Below, in pieces: positions 25,220 through 35,995 of a stretch of DNA of 64,000 bases. The notes under the pieces were generated by a model. The model made no database searches and was not told the origin of the DNA. It saw only the letters and a program-made list of their open reading frames with translations. Within the stretch, counting starts at the first letter, position 1. The number at the start of each line of letters is the position of its first letter. Origin of the DNA: Massalongia carnosa (Eukaryota); NCBI GenBank assembly GCA_965645245.1, contig OZ287072.1, positions 1,984,001 through 2,048,000 of the forward strand. The letters are read 5' to 3'. A program made the position numbers and the translations under genes.

Positions 25220-28200
25220 TTAGATGTACCACATAGTCCACCTAATGCCAGTTTGGTTAGCCATGCTGATAAGCGGCTTCGTCTCGGTGTCCGGTTTTTC
25301 GGACGAGGATTTTCCAGATTTCTCTGCCTGAATGGCAGTTTCCGACATGTCCAGATGAGAACGAGCGCGGTTCGAAGCTAAATGAGCGTAGTAAACGGCG
25401 GGGACTATTACTGATTAGCCATTATCTGACGCGAGCAGGGCAAAGAAAAATTACACAAAGATACAGGCGTAGTGGCCCGCATATATTGATATGAGTGTTC
25501 GTAAAGCATGGTCTGGAACTTATCACCAGCGAGGTTACACTCGTCCATGAGGATATGGTAGTGCGTGGGCCGAGCAGTCCCTTGGATGGCTGCATGGGAG
25601 CAAAGGTAGAAGTCATATTCAAACGGATGGGTGACATCTTTCTCAACTAGAGTGCCGGGCACTGGGTTTCCGTTTCTATCCGCTCCAGGGGGACCGTTAG
25701 GGAAAAATCGGATATGATGACGTTTCTCTGCAACAACAACAGTATATTTCACCTGCATTACAAGTCAGCATGATCCATATGCATGGTGAGAAATGGCTGA
25801 CATTATGCTTTGGGTTGTGTTTCCCAAACTCATTGATGATACGCTTTATATCCGCCACCTCCGAAGTGAGAACATTCTGGTATTGACCTTCCGAAACACC
25901 ATCCCGGAAGTAATAAATATGTTCAGGTAGACGGCCACCCCCCACAGTCTCACACCAGTTCTGGATAAGTGGTTTGATCATATCCTCCATGTTGCGAGTG
26001 GCGATCATCTCGACACGAACGCCGTTTGTTTCTACTGCGGCAGCATAGCGTGCAGCAAGCTTATCCATGGACATGGTTATGGCTGCAAATGAAGCGCCTT
26101 GCGAGCCTGGCGCCGCATGGGATACATCCGCCCCGATGATCATAGTCGACTTCTCAAAAGGACTAGCTTTACCCCTCTATAACAGATAGTCAGTATTGAC
26201 GAACTAAAAATCGAAAGCGATAGGAGCGTACCATTGCTACTCGGCAAGTAGTGCCACCGAGCTTGGCATTTACTTTCATAGCGACATTTGAATGATACTG
26301 AGCCGCGTTCTTCAATACGTGAGGCAACTGTACACATTGAGAGACAACTCCATAGCGACAGTCGGCTGATTTCTTGATCCGATTATACATCTCGGCGTTT
26401 TTGGTGGGCAAGATGAAGAAAAACAATTGTGGTCGGACTTGGTGCTTGTTTCCCACAGCTTGAAAAAGGTTCTCGACACATTTAGCACCATCAGGACCGC
26501 CCTGGATGATGAGCGGATCTGGGTTGGTAATATAACCACCATGACCACGGTAGACTTTGATGAAATTCTTGATGAAAACATTGACCATCTCTATATTTTG
26601 CCTGCGAAAAAATTACCGGTTGAAGGATATAGAAATGGATCACCAACTCACGGTCTACCCACGATACACACCCCCCATGCTTTCAATTCAGCCGGATTTG
26701 GCTCCAGGAACACCTTTCCTCGAAGATCCCAACGCCCAGTGAAACCGGGTTTGGCGACATCGTTCTTATATGCCACCTCTGGTGGGGGGAGAATTCGGGC
26801 CTCTGTCTTTAGCATGTTATTGTCAATTCTCAATCCATAATTCCGAAGGAATGGGTCTTGCTCCCAGTCGAGCATCTGCAAGCCACGTTGAATCGAGTCT
26901 TTACGGACCGCAGGACGGGAAACCGCAAATTTGATCATGTTAGCGGTCTAAAAGCAAAGCCATGTTAGTGTGTGATCCGCCACAAGATTTTAGCGGCACA
27001 TACCTGGATCTCATCAAGCTTGTAGGGATACTTTTGCCCCTTGCGCATATGGCAGACTTCCATAGGGTAGTAAACTCCCTTTCGGTTGGTCTCCACAAGG
27101 GGTAGATCCGGGAACTCAAGGGAAATGTTGTATTTCTTCTTGAAATACTGCTCAACTGTCATTTCTGGGATTGTCTCGCCAGTCGCTTTATCGGTCGCAT
27201 CAAACTTATAAGTCCTAGCAGTCATATCCGAGATTCTATGGATCTTGAAAATCTTCTTTTGTATAGCTAGAAACTGTCAGTCGTAGTGCTTTAAGATGGG
27301 AATGAGAATGTGCATACATTCAGGACAGCCACGAAAGAAAATGTTGATCTCATTCTTATGAAGCCGCTTTAAAGCAGAGAACCATTGAGATTCCCTATAG
27401 GAGCCAGTAACATTCTTCACTGGCGCAAGTTTGTTGACTAGGTCAATATGGCTGCTGGCACGCGTGAGCAGCAGTGACAGCTGCGAAATAACAGTCTCAT
27501 GCCAAAAACACGTGTTGGACACATCCACGTTAACTACCAAGCGGCGGCCCTGAATAACAAGTCAGCAAACGCAAGCGATTGCAAGATCAGTTTTAATACC
27601 TGGGCAGCACGAATCGATTGATAGACACCCTTCATGGCCTCAACACCTGCACCAAGTAGCATGCGCTCTTCAGTATTCCGGCCAAAGTAAGATCGGCGCA
27701 TCGGAATATGGGTCTTCGATGGCGTCTCGCGGAGTAAATGATCCATAAAGTCTAAAGCCATCAATCAATATACATTGAAAAGCGAGATTGAGGCATTCAT
27801 CTCACTGATCGCTTCTAGAACAGGAGTGTCAAAAGATGACTCGCCGGCCAAATACGCTGTAATCGCATAGAGGTTGACAACGCTTGTCTTTCGGATCATC
27901 ACACGATGCTGGTTTGGTGTGCGCCCCACACGGGGGACAATACCTCGCTCCTGGTCAAGGTCAATGATGAGGGTTATGGGTTCAAAATCTGTCATAGACC
28001 TAAATATAATTGTTAGCTATATCCAGACAAATGACGGAATAACCTACCAGCCAATCTTGTTTCCATCGAAGATAAACCCCTGTCCAAGCTTCGCTTGCAA
28101 CACCTTAGACTCCCAAACGCTCTTGATAAGACCGCGTTTCTCAGCACCAGATCCGATGACAACCTTAGTAGTTTGTCAGTACCGCAAGTTTCAAGCTTAT

Positions 28201-29443
28201 TACACAACCCTCGTGGTTGGGCAGAACAGTCAACTTACATCATACTGATAGACTTTCTTCTTTGGGTATTCCAGAATCTTGTGCGAGTTGATGTTAATCG
28301 AGGCAGGCTTTCCGGAGGTATTGAATTTGGGACGGGCCATAAGAGTCGTGGGCATCTTGGCACGTTCAGGGTTAGTATCTGAATAATACTGACGAGTAGG
28401 AAAAAGTTTGGATAAAATGGATTCTGAAGAAGCACCCGTAGAAGCAGGTGTTGCAGAAGCAGAAACTGCGGGAGCCGGAGCTTCCGAACTCTTTACTTCT
28501 AGCACCGGAGTTCCTGCCATTTTGAAATAGATAGAACAGCAAAGAGATAAGAGATAAACAGAAATAGTTTTGCTAGGGTAGAGAGGAAGGATCAAAACTT
28601 TCACCAAGAGCTGCCACAAAGCAAGACTAAATCGGAGGGATAAGCTGTGTAGTGCTTACAAGCTAAGATGCATAGTATTGACTAGGCAAAGGTAGAAGCG
28701 GAAAGCTGAAGCCAAAAAATTATGGGCAAACAGATGAGAAAGGATGTTGTAGGAAGGATGGAGGATGGGAGTGGACGATGGCTTATTTGTAGCCATGGAT
28801 GCCTTTAGGGGGGGGTGAATTTTGATGAAGGGTGTGAAAACATGGCTGTGAATATAGGATGAAGCTCGAATAAACAAAGATAAAAGCAATAAATAACAGA
28901 TCACACCACCTAAGAGCCGAACTACATGTGCACCCCACCCACTGCTTGAAGAAAATCCAGCAGCCGCGTATTTGTCTTGAGATAGCATAACAATGCAGGC
29001 TCCGAGGACTTGGAGAGATCGCGCGAAAACTTAAGAGTTGACAAAACTTCTAAAGAATGACGGAGCAAGATTACGAGAATATAGCTTACCTGATTGATAA
29101 GATTATATGCGTTTCCAGCAAAGTCTACGTTGCGATTTAAAACCATTGGATAGTCGCGTGCTGGATCTCTTTTAAGTTGTTGTGGGGCATCTGGTGCTCC
29201 AGAGGCACTCGGATCATGGGATCCGCTACGAACAGACTGTGTTGTAGATGGTGCATTGGGTGGTTGAGGCACATTGGGAGGCGGGCGACCACGACCAGCA
29301 GCCCGTCCAGCGGACGGAGGTCCTGGCGGTTGCGATGAAGGGCCGTCATTTTGGCCAGGAGCTGCTACTGGAGGCTGTTCCTGGGCAGGGTTTCTCGCAT
29401 TCTTCCTATCATTGGCCCCACGCCGCTTACCCGCTCCAGGCAT
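25220..29443 (-). CDS. Argonaute (QDE-2/Ago1-like), slicer-type PIWI
   Basis: About 11 coding exons. N, PAZ (TVEQYFKKKYNI..DLPLV..YPMEVC), MID (SQCV, KVNAKLGG) and PIWI (IIGADVSH, YFRDGVSEGQ, KRHHIRFF, SHAAIQGTARPTHY, PAVYYAHLAS) domains, ending TMWYI*. Confidence 0.95.
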
Positions 29444-30180
29444 GATGGATATGATAGATCTTACACCACAGAAACAAGGTTAGTTGAGTGTGTCAAATTG
29501 AAGATGAGAGAAGAATTGAGGTGACAAGTATCAAGGGGGGGAAGGATCCAAAGTAAGATTTTTCTCAATGATCAAAGTGTCAAGAGTGCGTTGGGTTGGG
29601 TGAGTGATAAATGAGGGAAAAGGCAGTAAGCTTACAGGCAAAAAGAAATCCGGACAGAGATGAAGCCTTAGAACGATGACTACTTAATGAAGTAGGCGTT
29701 GCGGGTGAGCTCAAATGGAAAGTAAGAGATTTGCGATGAAGTGGTGGGGTGATCTGCAAACAAACCAGAAGCCTACTTGAGTGAGAAAGAGCAACGTTTG
29801 CCAATATTGGTGCTTAGGTTGTAGTGAGATTTAAGGACGAGGATGAAGGTGAGAGAATGGATGGAGGATGGATGAATAGAGAAGGAAAGAAATGGAAGAA
29901 TGATGAAGTAAGGTACGATGGAGAAGTGGGGGGTTTATGAAGACGTAAACAACGCTAAGCCTTATCGGCAGGTAGATTCACTGTGATGTGGCTACTGTGC
30001 CTCAGAGGTACTGACTGGTGTTCTCTATACGGTAGGATATGGGCAAACACAGTTTCTGGAGATTTTCATGTGCTCGGTGAGAAATGGAGATTCGGTAACT
30101 AAGGCGGGAACTTGCTATTACCCTCAAATACAGGTAATTTACCTTTTACCTTTTACCTAAGTGATTGTGGGCTACTATGT

Positions 30181-30424
30181 CACGCGAGTGACAAAATTAA
30201 ATTTGCACCGAAACTTTTTCCTCACTAAAATCACCAGATTTTCTATCATAAACCGGAGCGTTTTTTTTGTTAATTTCATGCTTTTTGAACTTAAATAATT
30301 AAATCAATAATCTGCCATTCTGCCTTCATCATCGATCACTGCTTGCAAACTTTTAGGCATTAAATCACGATGATTTTGGTGGGGGAAAAGTTTTGGTGTA
30401 AATTTAATTTTGTCATCTGCAGTG
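30181..30424. mobile_element. MITE (~245 bp, Tc1/mariner-like ends)
   Basis: About 45-bp inverted repeat, 30189-30233 (TGACAAAATTAAATTTGCACCGAAAC...) versus 30371-30415. The right end reads ...CTGCAGTG|TA, the left terminus is degenerate and the interior is AT-rich and non-coding. Confidence 0.75.
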
Positions 30425-30534
30425 TACTTGTAAATGGCACGTGAGTGGTTAGGTTCCCTTGGAAAGATTCGCGTGTGGCGTTTGTGTGTTCTGGGTATTT
30501 TATGTATAGGTTACCTTAGTAGGTATTTAGGTAT

Positions 30535-32675
30535 CCCTTCGTCTGGCAATTTGGCAGCCATTTAGGTAATATTCAATTTTACACGCGCCGTCTCCGGGTA
30601 ATGACTAATAACTTTAATCTGGCCAATCAGATTTTCCCTTTTCAACGATAATGGGTACAACACCTCAATCACCCCTCAAGATCTATGTAAAATTTCCCAA
30701 CATGCCTCCTTTTTGCAACATGGTCCACAGCTCTTACATTGCCATCTGGTCTGACTTGCACGTCGTCTTTTGGTGCAATTTTCATCAATTTCCGCAAGTG
30801 GTCGGCGTCGTTTGAGTCTTGGCACTTGCCTTTTGCAGGCCAAACAATAGTCCTTCTTATTCAAATGCTCCCATTTGCAAGTTGACTCGACGTCTTTATT
30901 AACGTCTTGATTAGTAGTAACTATGACATCTGTCGGACGTTTCCGTAGGACACCGGCTTGATTGGATAGTAGGGCATTTACTATTTCTTTTTGAAAGTCC
31001 AAATGGCTGAGTGTTGAATTCGGATACAGAATTCTCCACAATTTGAAGGCATTTAGAACGGCTGCATCCAGAAGAAAGATGAAAATTGACCACCAGTAGC
31101 GACGATCAGATCTTTGAGGTGAATAATATGCTCTTTGCTGAGCATTCCCATCTGACCCGCCCATGTGCTGGTTATATTCCACGATGGGCATGGGAAATGG
31201 AAGCTTTTCTTCTTCATCAGCAACGATGACTCTGGAATTTGCAGGAATACCATGACGTCGACGGGAATTCTTGTAGAAAGAAGTCTTCAAATCCTCAATT
31301 GTATGAACCGTGGTCATGAATTGCTCGGTGTTTAAATCCACCCATGCCATACACAGAATGTCCCCGTCATCAATGTTTGATTTTTTACTTTTATTTGCAG
31401 GTACCGTCATCAATGCCTTCTTTCCCCAGTCCTTATTCTTGGTGGCTGCAACCCTCAGACGTAGAAGATCAACAGGAAAACCGCATCCTGATTTAGCCGT
31501 CCCACAGGCACCAATTCCAATGGTTTTCAGAGCTTTGAATAGCTTCGTATTTGTGAAGAAGTTGTCCAGAAAGATGACGTATTTCAAGCCTTCATCAGAC
31601 GGTAAACTTCGAGCCAGTTGAATGACGACTAGGGAGGAAGGAGACAAATCCCATTTGGTTGTCGGAAATTTCAATTGTCCAGGCGTTTTTAACTCACTAA
31701 TTTTGGACACCTGTCTTGCAATTAGTACGATGCAAATTGGGGCCTTTTCTACTCACCTTGGAGGTAAATAAGAAGTCAAAAAGATAATTTTCCTGACATA
31801 AACTATAGATTTTGAAGCCTACACCAGCCGCCTTGGTGGCTATTTGCATAGTATGGCAGCTCCTACCCCTGAATAAAATCAATTGCTCGTCAACTGACAC
31901 ATGACTTCCAGGAATCCAGTATTTCTTTGATGCTTTTCGAAAGTCTGTGGCCAATGGTTCCAGCTTTTTCCACCAATCAGGGCCTCGAGTATCAATGATC
32001 TCATCTTCGTCGGGGTTGGATATCTTCAAAAATCGCTTGAGTTGCTCCCATCTTCGAAGACTCATGGCTTGAATCACCATGTCATGTATGGCAAATTTAG
32101 GAGACGTGTTCCAATAGTCAGTAAGACGTGGCATCAGTGTATACCCCATATATAACAGAATTCCCAGAAAAGCTCCTACTTCAGAAGAAGAGGTGTCATG
32201 CCATTGACGTCTCTTGATGTCGTTTAGGGCATACTTCTTTTTCGCTTTAAGATTGGTGTTTTTAGCTATGATTTCAAGCATTTCAAAGCTAAAGAAGAGG
32301 CAGAGTAAACTGAAAGGAGTCTGATTTATCAAGCGCAACGTCTCGTCCGGCTGTGGTTTTCGAAATGGGATCGAAATTGGACAATAATTTGATGACGGAG
32401 GGGGCATGGAGTCAATTATGCTTTATACGCTGGGTTTATTCTTTTTGGCCTGTTCTTTCAGAATTGAGGGGGGCAAAGCGTCTGATTGGTCAGGAACTTC
32501 TATCTCAATACCTCTCATGATTATTCTAAAGAAATTGTAGATGTTTTAATGATTTTCAACTGATGTTTACCTTCTTATTTACAAAAAAGGGGAGAATGTT
32601 TTGAAGTTCGCGACTCAGCCCTACGGTATCTCACTAAGCCTATTTAAGGTGGCTGCCAAATTACCAGACGAAGGG
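30535..32675 (-). mobile_element. piggyBac-like DNA transposon 1 (near intact)
   Basis: 26-bp TIRs CCCTTCGTCTGG(C/T)AATTTGGCAGCCA at 30535-30560 and 32650-32675 enclosing a piggyBac-type transposase. Confidence 0.9.
30676..32518 (-). CDS. piggyBac-family transposase (one intron; upstream in-frame stop)
   Basis: Exons 32518(or 32407)-31757 and 31710-30676. VSVDEQLILFRGR, FLDNFFT, ACGT, YNQHMGGSD, RYWWSIF, and a C-terminal CxxC...CxxCxxCCxxxxCW. An in-frame TAA at 32423-32425 lies between ATG 32518 and ATG 32407. Confidence 0.85.
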
Positions 32676-32716
32676 ATAGACTGTAGATATCCACGTATTG
32701 GCGGGAAGGTACAGTA

Positions 32717-34054
32717 CAGTCTCGTGCCAAAAGTCTGCGGCCCAACCCGTGATTTTCGTGATTTCGCGTTTTCAACTCATCAACCCCCCATCTTCCACCT
32801 CATCATTTCACCATGCTTCGTGCTTCTTTGACCCCCATAAGTGGTAATCGGCCTCGTAACACTGAATTGACGCCATATCAACGTGGTATGATTGTTGGGG
32901 CCCAGGCGTTGGGGCACACACCGACCGAGATTGGGAAGACTCTTAATTTCACTAAATCGACCGTGCAGAGCACCATTCAGAAGCACTCAATTCGCAACGA
33001 CGGCGTGTCTAAACCACGTTCTGGACGGCCTGAAGTGCTGTCAGAACGCGATCGACGTTATATCATCAAGCATGCACGAATCAATCCACGAATCACTAAT
33101 GCACAAATCAAACTAGAAGTGGGGCTCGGCTGCAGTCGTACGACCATTTATCGGGCACTCAAACTGTATGGTTTAACCAACTGGGTGGCTAAAAAACGAC
33201 CTTTATTGACGCCTAAGGTGGCCAAGAAACGATTGGATTGGTGCTTGCTGCGGCGTGAGTGGACTTTTGAGCAGTGGTCAAGAGTTATATGGTCAGATGA
33301 GTGCTCGGTGGAAAAGGGGTCAAGAAAACAGCGTCAGTGGGTGTTCAGATTGCCGAAAGAAAAATGGAATAAAGAGATGATACAACCTGTCCCCAAAGGC
33401 AAAGGAGTCAGTGTCATGGTCTGGGCAGCTTTTTGGGGAGCTGACAGGTCAGATCTTTACAAATTGGCTCGTGATTTTGCTGCGAAGAAGATGGGGTACT
33501 CGGCGAACTCATATATGGAATTATTGAACGATAATCTGCTTGGAATTTGGCAACCGGGCCTCATTTTCAGGCAGGATAACGCACCTATACATAAGGCTAA
33601 AAAGGTGATGGAATGGTTCAATGAGAACGGCATAGAGGTCATCGATTGGCCCCCCTATTCACCTGATATAAATCCCATCGAGCACGTTTGGTATGTGCTC
33701 AAAAAGCTCGTCTATCAAGTCAACCCGAACATAGATTTGGTGATCGGCAGTGATGAAACTGTTCGTGAGGTACTTTAGAAAGCGTTAGAAGAAGCCTGGA
33801 CGTTGATAGATGTGAAAATGATGAGGAGGTTAATAGAGAGCATGAACAGGAGGATAAAAGCGTGTATAGCGTCGGAAGGATGGTATACTAAATATTAAAA
33901 ATCAAATTTTGGGGGAATTCTTTTTTAGTATGTATGTAATCATTATGTAAAGTTTCAAGACATTTCAGCAATCGTGACGTGGTTGATTGTTGATTGAATA
34001 GAATGATTGAAATGTTGGTGGGGTGCGGGGCCGCAGACTTTTGGCCTAGTACTG
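32717..34054 (+). mobile_element. Tc1/mariner element A (nested)
   Basis: TIRs CAGTCTCGTGCCAAAAGTCTGCGGCCC / GGGCCGCAGACTTTTGGCCTAGTACTG with TA on both sides (32715-16, 34055-56). Confidence 0.88.
32813..33898 (+). pseudogene. Tc1-family DD34E transposase with one premature stop
   Basis: ELTPYQRG HTH, SGRP linker, WSDE, QDNAPIH...SPDINPIE (34 residues between D and E). TAG at 33776-78, after which the frame continues KALEEAW...EGWYTKY*. Confidence 0.9.
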
Positions 34055-34146
34055 TACCAGGACATAAGTCTCCGCGATTAAGCGAAAAACTCGTGATTTC
34101 GCGTTTTGTAATTCTCAACCCATCATATGTAAATAAAGCAATCATC

Positions 34147-35232
34147 ATGCAACGAACTCCACTAGCTACCATATCTGCAAATCATGCTCGTAACACTGAG
34201 CTTACTCCTTATCAAAGAGGACTTTTGATCGGAGCAGCTGCTTCGGGAGCTACACCCGTAGCAATTGAAAAGACCTCTGGAGTACGTGAATCAACTGTCA
34301 GATACGTCTTGTCTACGGCCTCAACGCGCACAACGGGGTCAGTAAACCTCGATCTGGTCGTCCCAAATCAATCAGCATACGTGATGAACGTCATATTATA
34401 AGAGCTGCGCGTCTCGAGCCCAAAAGCACCTATCGAGAGCTCTTGGAGAAGACAGGGGTTGAATGTCACCGCAAAACCGTTTATCGCATTCTCAAAGAGT
34501 ACGGTTTAACTAATTGGCTGGCCAAAAAGCGACCTCTTCTCAGCCCCGAAGTAGCCGTAAAGAGATATGCTTGGTGTTGGGAGAGACGGGACTGGACTTA
34601 TGAGAATTGGAAGCTTTATATCTGGAGCGACGAATGTTCGGTGGAAAGGGGCACCGGAAAGCGACGTCAATGGGTCTTTTCGTACGTCCACCGAAAAGTG
34701 GAATAAAGGCATGGTGCAGCGCTATAAGAAAGGCTATGATGTCAGCGTCATGGTGTGGGCTGCTTTTTGGGGTGCAGGACGTTCAGACCTGGTGAAAATG
34801 ACTCGTGATGAAAATGCAAAGCGAAACGGCTACTCCGCGGACTCATATATCGAAATTTTGGAGGAAAATGTGACTGCCATTTGGGAACCCGGTCTGACGT
34901 TCATGCAAGACAATGCCCCCATTCACACAGCTCGAAAAGTGAAGAAATGGTTCGAAGAAACCGGAGTTATGGTCACCGATTGGCCCCCCTATTCCCCTGA
35001 TCTCAACCCCATCGAGCACCTCTGGCTCAGAGTCAAAGAACTCGTATATCAAGTTCGTCCTGACATTGAAGAGGTGGGGGGTAGTGATGAGAAGATTCGA
35101 AAGGCCTTGTTCGACGCTTTGGAGGAGGCATGGCCCATGATTGATGACGAATATATGCAGGAGTTGATAAGGAGTATGGATAATCGGGTGCAGACCGTTA
35201 TAGCTGCAGAAGGATGGAACACCCGATTTTAA
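34147..35232 (+). pseudogene. Tc1-family DD34E transposase with two frameshifts
   Basis: Paralogous to element A transposase (NTELTPYQRG, YGLTNWLAKKRPLL, WSDECSVE, QDNAPIH, SPDLNPIE). 1-nt loss near 34330 and 1-nt gain in the T-run at 34677-80. Confidence 0.88.
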
Positions 35233-35995
35233 TCAAGCTTTTGGGCAGATACGATGTATATATTCTATGTATTCACTGCAAAAAGCTACCTATGAATTTC
35301 CGCATGATGGTTGTGTTTTGGGGGGAGCCATCAAAAAAGGTGTTTTGCTGGTGCATGCGGGGTCGCGGAAGACCTAGTACTGTAGATACCCGTCCGTAAC
35401 AGTCACTACCCACGGCGGTGGATCAACGGCCGTGCTTCGTACGAAGTACAACAGAATATTTCTCGCTTAGAGCCAGCTTTAAGCCAACTACATGGCTGGG
35501 GAAACGGCGACAATGAAGCTTCGTGAGGTATCACAGTCACCACGATCATGGGTTACACTCACCTTTAGGACCACAAGGGTCTTAGTAACAGTTGCAGATA
35601 AAGATAAAACCAACAGTAAGGATAAGCTAATAGCTGAGTGAGTGATGCCTAGCTGCAATTCAGGTGAATAGGTATCAAAAGCATCACCAATAACGCACTA
35701 CTATGCCAAGTGTCGCCCTCAAAACCCCCTCCTTTGGTCATCAAGACTCGATGGGGGTACTAATAATACATGCAAAAGAGTTTTGAGCTAGGCACCTGCT
35801 CCAAAAAGAAGATCTGCTAGTCGACAAAAGCCCGGGGGGGGGGTTGGCGCTTGAGCCTGCCATCAGGTATGACAAATTGGAAGTAAAGACGCGACTTTTG
35901 GACAATGCATGAAGGATTCCAAGACGCATGGTATTACCGGTTAAAAGGATAGTGGCCTGTAATATATGTCAACCTCCGTATGCCCCCTTGCAACC

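Larger units (their letters stand above)
32712..35382 (+). mobile_element. Tc1/mariner element B (host; left TIR interrupted by element A)
   Basis: TA|CAG-TA[element A]TA-CCAGGACATAAGTCTCCGCGA on the left and TCGCGGAAGACCTAGTACTG|TA on the right. TA target duplication at 32710-11 and 35383-84. Confidence 0.8.

Noticed and set aside
32712..35382. Fanzor/TnpB cargo in the Tc1 elements
   Set aside because: Each element is ~1.3 kb and fully occupied by its transposase. No RuvC-like ORF is present.
35410..35446. Small hairpins/palindrome (CACGGC...GCCGTG; CTTCGTACGAAG) after Tc1-B
   Set aside because: Too short, with no second copy or target duplication to define an element.
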